A stretch of DNA of 64,000 nucleotides from Candidatus Marinacidobacterales bacterium (GTDB lineage: Bacteria; Acidobacteriota; Vicinamibacteria; Marinacidobacterales; SMYC01). Position 1 is the first letter of the stretch. The number at the start of each line of letters is the position of its first letter. A program made the translations under genes and the position numbers. Below the pieces are notes generated by a model. That model was not told the origin of the DNA, ran no database searches, and worked only from the letters and a program-made list of their open reading frames with translations. The DNA is taken from NCBI GenBank assembly GCA_965224085.1, contig CBDCYI010000005.1:1664001-1728000 (forward strand), given 5' to 3'. Of this stretch, positions 58,473 through 64,000 are shown piece by piece.

Positions 58473-60806
58473 GTGATGACGAATCTCACGCGAGGGTTCG
58501 GTGTCGTTGTTCTAATCGGTTCGACGGGGGTTTTCGCACAGAGCAGTTTTCAGATCGAGGAAGCAACCATCGACGACATTCACGCGGCGATCCAGCAAGG
58601 CGAAACGACATGTGTGCAGGTTGTACAGGCCTACGTCGATCGCGCGAGAGCGTATAACGGAATCTGCACTCAGCTCGTAACCGAAGACGGCGGGCCGATT
58701 ACTCCAGAGATGGGAACCGTACGAGCCGGCTCCCCGCTCGTGTTCCCGTCGACCTCCGTTGCCGTGAGTGAGATTCTGCCCGATTACGACGACTATGACG
58801 GTTTGCCAATAGAGTTTGGCCGCATGGAAGCAACGCGGTCGGACCCGAACGTCCAACAGCAATACGGCATGCTGGCCGGCATGAGGGACGCGGGCCAGCT
58901 CAATGCGCTGAGTACGCTCAATCTTCGCGGCGAGCGGTCGGTGACCTGTCAGGCCGAGTGCGATAGGCACCCGTCGGGTGGCGGTCTTCCCGCACGCTGT
59001 CCGGCCGGATGCGAAGCGTTTCGGCAACAGCCCGACGCTCTCGAACGAGCTGCCGAGCTCGATGCACAATACGGCAGGAATCCCGATCTCGGCACGATGC
59101 CGGTCTACTGCGCCGTACTCTCGTTCAAAGACGTCTTCGACACCGCGGACATGCGCGCGACCGGTGGCGCCGATGCGAGTTACGCGATGGATGCAGCACC
59201 CGAGGACGCGACGATCGTCGCCGAGTTGCGCGCCAAGGGCGCCATTATCTACGCCAAGGCCAATCTCTCCGAGTACAATGCGGGTGGCGGGAACCCCGGG
59301 GGTGCCAAGGCCGGTACGCGAACGTTCGGCGCCGGTGCCCGCAGCAGCTGGGCCGGCACATCGTGCAATGTCTACGACACAGCGCGCGAAACCGGCGGTT
59401 CGAGCTCCGGCTCCGCCGTGTCGGTCGGCGCCAATCTCGTCAGCTGTTCTATTTGCGAGGAGACCGGCGGATCGTGCCGGCAGCCGGCATGGCGCAACGG
59501 CGTCGTCGGTTTCGTGACGACCAAAGGTCTGATGCCTTACGGCGGATCGATCGGCGTGGAACCCTACCTCGACCGGGCAGGCATCAACTGCCGCACCGTG
59601 AAAGATGCGGCTATGATCCTCGATGCGCTCGAGCACCCGGAACGCGGCTACTATGATCCGCGAGATATCTACAGCGCCCTACCGCGCGTCTTCGTGTCTC
59701 CCGAGCCCTACACGAGCTTCGTCGTTGATGTAGAGGCCATGGGGCGCAAGCCGCTGGCGGGTATCCGCATCGGTGTCGTCCGAGAGTATATGGTCAAGCA
59801 CACCGACAACGATGCCGCGATGAGCGACCTCGTCAACGAGGAGATCGTTCGCGTGCTGCGCGATGAGCTGGGGGCGGAGATCGTCGAATCTTTCGATCCG
59901 GAATACCCGGACGACCCCGCGATCCCGAACATGGCGTACAACTTTCAGCACGCGATCGCCGAGATTCTGCCGGTGCATATGCCGGAGTACATTCAGGAAC
60001 AGGACAAGGACGGCGAGTACAAGTTCGCCGTACCTGGCTACGACGTGACGACTCGCGACTATCTCGTCAAAGCCGCCGAAGGCAAGGCTGCGCTGTCGAA
60101 AGACTTGAACCTCCGCAGTATCAACAACTCGCCCGCAACAGCGAGCTTCAGCTTCCACCTGGCGCAGTATTTGATGCGCCGCGCGGATTCCACGGTGAAC
60201 AACTGGTCGACCCTGAACGCCAATTCGAATTACTACACGGAGTCTCGCACCGTCGCGATGCGCAATTGGGAGTACAAACAGAACATCGCATCGGACGGCA
60301 TCACGCGACGGGTCAAGATGCGTGACGTCATGCGGCTGGTCGTGCTCAACGTAATGCATCGGAACGACCTCGACCTGTTCGTCAATCCGTCGATAACGAT
60401 CCCCCCGACGCGAATCGGTTATGCGGGCGAGCCGTCGGTCAAAGACCGCCCGCGGGGTCGGTTTCCGACGAGTGCGAACCTAGGCGTTCCCGAGCTCACG
60501 GTGCCGGCCGGCTTCAATCGAGTGGTCTACGAGCCTAAGTACGTTCTCAACGACGACAAGGACGACTATGACCGTGTCACCAACAGCGAGGAGACCCAGC
60601 TCGAATCTCCGCTACCTGTAGGAATCTCGTTTTGGGCCGGACCCGGCGATGAGCCGATACTCCTGCGCGCAGCTTCGGCCTATGAAGTCGCAACGAAGCA
60701 TCGCAAGGCGCCACCCGATTTTGGGCCCGTCGTCGCCGACAGCCCGAGGATCCCGATTCTGAAGTGCTGCCAAACGAGATGTTGTAGAAGAGCGGACGAG
60801 GATTAA
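58473..60806 (+). CDS. Exported amidase-signature family protein with insertions
   Basis: Signal peptide, EEATIDDIH, FKDVFD (Lys), GGSSSGS and ETGGSCRQPA (Lys-Ser-Ser triad). Confidence 0.85.
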   Translation: MMTNLTRGFGVVVLIGSTGVFAQSSFQIEEATIDDIHAAIQQGETTCVQVVQAYVDRARAYNGICTQLVTEDGGPITPEMGTVRAGSPLVFPSTSVAVSEILPDYDDYDGLPIEFGRMEATRSDPNVQQQYGMLAGMRDAGQLNALSTLNLRGERSVTCQAECDRHPSGGGLPARCPAGCEAFRQQPDALERAAELDAQYGRNPDLGTMPVYCAVLSFKDVFDTADMRATGGADASYAMDAAPEDATIVAELRAKGAIIYAKANLSEYNAGGGNPGGAKAGTRTFGAGARSSWAGTSCNVYDTARETGGSSSGSAVSVGANLVSCSICEETGGSCRQPAWRNGVVGFVTTKGLMPYGGSIGVEPYLDRAGINCRTVKDAAMILDALEHPERGYYDPRDIYSALPRVFVSPEPYTSFVVDVEAMGRKPLAGIRIGVVREYMVKHTDNDAAMSDLVNEEIVRVLRDELGAEIVESFDPEYPDDPAIPNMAYNFQHAIAEILPVHMPEYIQEQDKDGEYKFAVPGYDVTTRDYLVKAAEGKAALSKDLNLRSINNSPATASFSFHLAQYLMRRADSTVNNWSTLNANSNYYTESRTVAMRNWEYKQNIASDGITRRVKMRDVMRLVVLNVMHRNDLDLFVNPSITIPPTRIGYAGEPSVKDRPRGRFPTSANLGVPELTVPAGFNRVVYEPKYVLNDDKDDYDRVTNSEETQLESPLPVGISFWAGPGDEPILLRAASAYEVATKHRKAPPDFGPVVADSPRIPILKCCQTRCCRRADED

Positions 60807-60809
60807 GCA

Positions 60810-60953
60810 CTAGAGAGGTTCAGGAGTCGATGGCCAAATACTCGGGCCCCCGGGGAAGACCCATTCAAGAGGATCGTCCTGTCGATGCGCGGCGACGATC
60901 ACCCATTCCTCCGGGAGAGGGTGCCATCGCTGCTCCCACCGTCCTTCGAGCAT
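60810..60953 (-). pseudogene. galT: N-terminal remnant of galactose-1-phosphate uridylyltransferase
   Basis: [21 protein letters not shown] resembles the GalT N-terminus (R..PL..EWV.V..HR..RPW). Similarity ends after about 28 aa; directly downstream of a sugar symporter. Confidence 0.6.
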
Positions 60954-60960
60954 GGCCTCG

Positions 60961-62583
60961 TCAGAAAAGCGTTCGGAGCGGAGAGAAATACAGCAAGACG
61001 AGAAGCACCACCGAGACCACGATGATCGTATGCACCACGTCGGTCCAGCCCCAGCTGGCGCGAGACGCTTCCCTGTCCTCGGAAGCGGTCGTCGCATAGG
61101 TGAGGCCGCGCAGGCTTTCTTCGGACGGCGGCTTCGTCAGAAGGCTCGTCACGATCATCAGCAACACGCAGAAGACGAATAGAAAAACGCAGAAATGGAG
61201 AAAGTTGATATCGGCGAAAGTAAAGAGCCAACCGCTGAGCGCCTCTTTGTTGAGCTCCGCGACGAGCCGAGCCATGCCGATGACGAAGCCTCCGATGAGA
61301 CATGCCAGAGCACCGGGGGAATTGATGCGTTTCGAGAACAGCCCCAGCAGGAAGACGGCGGCAATGGGAGGAGCGATGTAGGCCTGCACGCTCTGAAGGT
61401 AGTGATAGAGCTCGCTCGAGATGCTTCGCAGCACCGGGATCCACGCGATGCCGGTGAGGACGAGGACGGCTGTTGCGATTTTGCCCACGATGACGAGCGT
61501 GCGCTCCGACGCGTCGGGATGGAGTTTCTTGTAAATGTCCATCGTGAAGAGCGTGGACGAGGAGTTGAACACCGCGGCAAGCGAGCTCATGAGCGCGGCC
61601 AAAAGTCCGCCCGCCACGAGCCCTCGCACGCCCGACGGCAGGAGCGCAGCCACCATGGCAGGGAATGCCTGATCGGCCTCCGTCAGCTCGAGCTGGCCAC
61701 TCTTCGCGAGCGCGAAGGCGATGACACCGGTGAGTAGAAAGATGAAAAACGGCGTGAGCTTCAGATAGGCGGCGAAGATCGTTCCGCGACGCGCTTCTCT
61801 CTCGTTCGGCGCCGCGAGAACCCGCTGTACGATGTACTGGTCGGTGCACCAGTACCAGAGCCCAACGATCGGTGGCGCCAATATCATCCCCGTCCAGGGA
61901 AAGTCCGGGTGGTTGGCGGGCAGGAACATATTGAGATGCTCGGGGCCGGCGAGCTCGACTAGCCGGCCCCATCCACCCAGGCGCACGAGACCCATGATGG
62001 TGACCGTCGCGGAGCCGAGAAGGAGCACGATCGCCTGGAGCGCCTCGGTGTAGAGGACGGCGCGAAGCCCACCGAGCACTGTGTAGATGCCCGTCAAAAT
62101 CACGATCACGAGCGCACCGGTCCAGAAATCGATCCCCATGAGAGTCTGGAACACGACCGCACCGGCGTAGATGGTGACGGAGATCTTCGTGAGCACGTAG
62201 GCGATGAGCGCTGATAGCGACAGGATCCATCGAGCTGCGGTGCCGTACCGCTTCTCCAGGAACTCCGGCATGGTGAACACCATGCTTCTCATGTAGAACG
62301 GAACGAAGACCCACCCGAGGACGAGAACGAGCCAAGAGTGGAGCTCGTAGTGACCCATCACCACGCCGCTTTTGGCTCCCGTGCCCGCGAGCCCTACGAT
62401 GTGCTCCGAACCGATGTTCGAGGCGAAGATGGAGGCGCCAATCACGAACCAGCCCACGTGACGGCCGGCGAGGAAGTACTCCGTCGAGGACTCAGGTCTC
62501 TTCCGAATCACCCACCCGGCGATGCCGATGAGCACGAAAAAGTAGAGCGTGACGATGAGCCAGTCCAATCCAGTGAAAGACAT
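60961..62583 (-). CDS. Sodium:solute symporter (SGLT-like sugar transporter)
   Basis: [52 protein letters not shown]. Confidence 0.93.
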   Translation of the reverse strand: MSFTGLDWLIVTLYFFVLIGIAGWVIRKRPESSTEYFLAGRHVGWFVIGASIFASNIGSEHIVGLAGTGAKSGVVMGHYELHSWLVLVLGWVFVPFYMRSMVFTMPEFLEKRYGTAARWILSLSALIAYVLTKISVTIYAGAVVFQTLMGIDFWTGALVIVILTGIYTVLGGLRAVLYTEALQAIVLLLGSATVTIMGLVRLGGWGRLVELAGPEHLNMFLPANHPDFPWTGMILAPPIVGLWYWCTDQYIVQRVLAAPNEREARRGTIFAAYLKLTPFFIFLLTGVIAFALAKSGQLELTEADQAFPAMVAALLPSGVRGLVAGGLLAALMSSLAAVFNSSSTLFTMDIYKKLHPDASERTLVIVGKIATAVLVLTGIAWIPVLRSISSELYHYLQSVQAYIAPPIAAVFLLGLFSKRINSPGALACLIGGFVIGMARLVAELNKEALSGWLFTFADINFLHFCVFLFVFCVLLMIVTSLLTKPPSEESLRGLTYATTASEDREASRASWGWTDVVHTIIVVSVVLLVLLYFSPLRTLF

Positions 62584-62733
62584 AGGAAACCCTCAGGTCA
62601 CTCGGCTCCGCCCGAGCGCGGCAGTCTAGGTCTAGATCGAGCCGACCTGACGAGACAAACAGAAGAGCCGAGCTTCATCTGCCGGTCTCGAGCCACGACG
62701 TGATGCCGTCCTTGCATCTTGATTGAGCAGCCG

Positions 62734-64000
62734 TTAGCGTGATTCGAACAACGAGAACCGGACGCGCGCGCTCACCAGCCGGGGATGGCCGAAGTGGGTC
62801 CCACTGAAGGGGTTCGAGAAGTTGTACGCGAAAGCTCGGTCCGGTTAGATTGCGCACATCGAGCTGGAGATCGACAGCGATACGCCGCCCTTCGAAGAGT
62901 CCAAGCCCGAAAGAGATATCGAAGAGTGTCCTCGGCTTGACGCGGCCTCGGTCGAAGTCGACCAGTGCCGCGCCCCGGCGCTCCATGGTTTCGTCGAGAT
63001 TGTCGTCGTCGATCTCTAGCGGTGTGCCGCTCTCGTGCCGACCGTAAAATGCCGCCCAGAGTCCGCTCGGGCCGTGCTGGAACGTCACGCCGAAAGCACC
63101 GACATTGCGCTGGTCGTGGTCGGGGGTGAAGCGTGTTCCCGGACCGATCTCGATGACCTCCTCTTCGAGGAAGAGTCCTCCGTTGATCGGCCCGACTTGA
63201 TAGACGAGCGCGTTCCCATAGCTCACGAAACCGGTAAATCCCTCGTGAAAAGGGAAGTCCACCCGCACGTTGACGCCCGAGGCGGTGCCTTCGGCGACGG
63301 AGTTCGGAAAGATAATGGTCGTGCCGAAAAAGAGATTGGGGTCGGCGTAGTTCCGGACCGACCGTCTCCAGTAGACGGCGTCCAGCGACGCCCACTTGCC
63401 GAGGGCCCCGAACAAAGCCGATCTCGAACGCATGCTGCCGTTCGGGAGAAACTTCCGCTCCGCCGGTGCCCTCTTCGATGACGAAGGGAGACAGAGCGCG
63501 CGCCTCTTCCGACGAGGAGAGTAAAAGATTCTCCACTTGGGGCGGCATGAACAGACGGTTGTAAGAGGCACGCACCGTTCGTCCTCCATTGCGGGATGAA
63601 ATAGACCGCACCGATGCGCGGGCTGAGTGTGGAAGCGTTGACGAGGACTTCGGTGTGGTCGAACCGCAAACCGGCATTGATCGTCAACCGATCGAAGAGC
63701 GAGAACGTGTCCTGAAAGTAGATCGAGAACTGATCGCGCGAGGCTTCCTTTTCGAACATGAAGGGGTTGTTCCGATCGAACGCCAGCGCTTCCTCACTGA
63801 TGTTGACGCCGGCATCCTCGGCGCCGTCTTCGTCGGTGATGAAAAACGAAAAGAGCTCGCGAGGTGTTATGTGCTGATAGTGGATCCCCGCTTTGAGGAC
63901 CTGCTCGGCGCCGACCGCATGCGTGACGTTTACGAGCACGCCGTGACGCGTGTGCCGGCGATCCTGGTTCGCTGATATCGGCGTGTCTCTCTCGCTCGCG
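62734..64000 (-). CDS. TonB-dependent receptor, 5'-partial, with three +1 frameshifts
   Basis: QD.F....LTINAGLRFD, LSPRIGAVY|TVRASYNRLF..P, PER|.., DVRNLT|DRAFAYNF..PFSGTHFGHPR are spread over shifting frames. Shifts at about 63578, 63407 and 62842. Confidence 0.8.

Noticed and set aside
1-64000. CRISPR array, tRNA/rRNA genes, IS transposases
   Set aside because: I recognised no repeat-spacer periodicity, cloverleaf, rRNA-like tract or transposase motif by eye.

Overview
GC-rich bacterial chromosome segment. The gene content suggests a diderm, probably Acidobacteriota/Vicinamibacteria-like (inference). The centre (about 7-57 kb) is mostly intact housekeeping and metabolic genes: lptD, sugar-nucleotide enzymes and a GT39 glycosyltransferase, grpE, glyA, a DinG-like helicase, queD, yggS, divIVA, lepB, the tilS-hpt-ftsH-folP-dacA-cdaR-glmM-pdxJ run, gpsA, futalosine-pathway mqn genes, yebC-ruvCA-(mutS-like)-ruvB-queA-gmhA, and a liu/atu-type carboxylase cluster. 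Both flanks hold accessory genes, several of them fragmented or frameshifted. Main highlights: (1) a radical SAM selenoprotein with a C-U-A-E-P tail and a clear SECIS-like hairpin, which the ORF track truncates, clustered with NfuA and an ATP-grasp enzyme; (2) full-length Hpt and PdxJ homologues that have lost catalytic residues, inside the c-di-AMP (dacA) gene run; (3) a membrane-anchored MutS-like ATPase between ruvA and ruvB; (4) an SbnI-like serine kinase with no siderophore genes nearby; (5) small proteins missing from the ORF track, structured leader RNAs, and an in-frame palindromic insert in glyA. I saw no rRNA, tRNA, CRISPR array or transposase. All family assignments come from motif recognition, not database searches.
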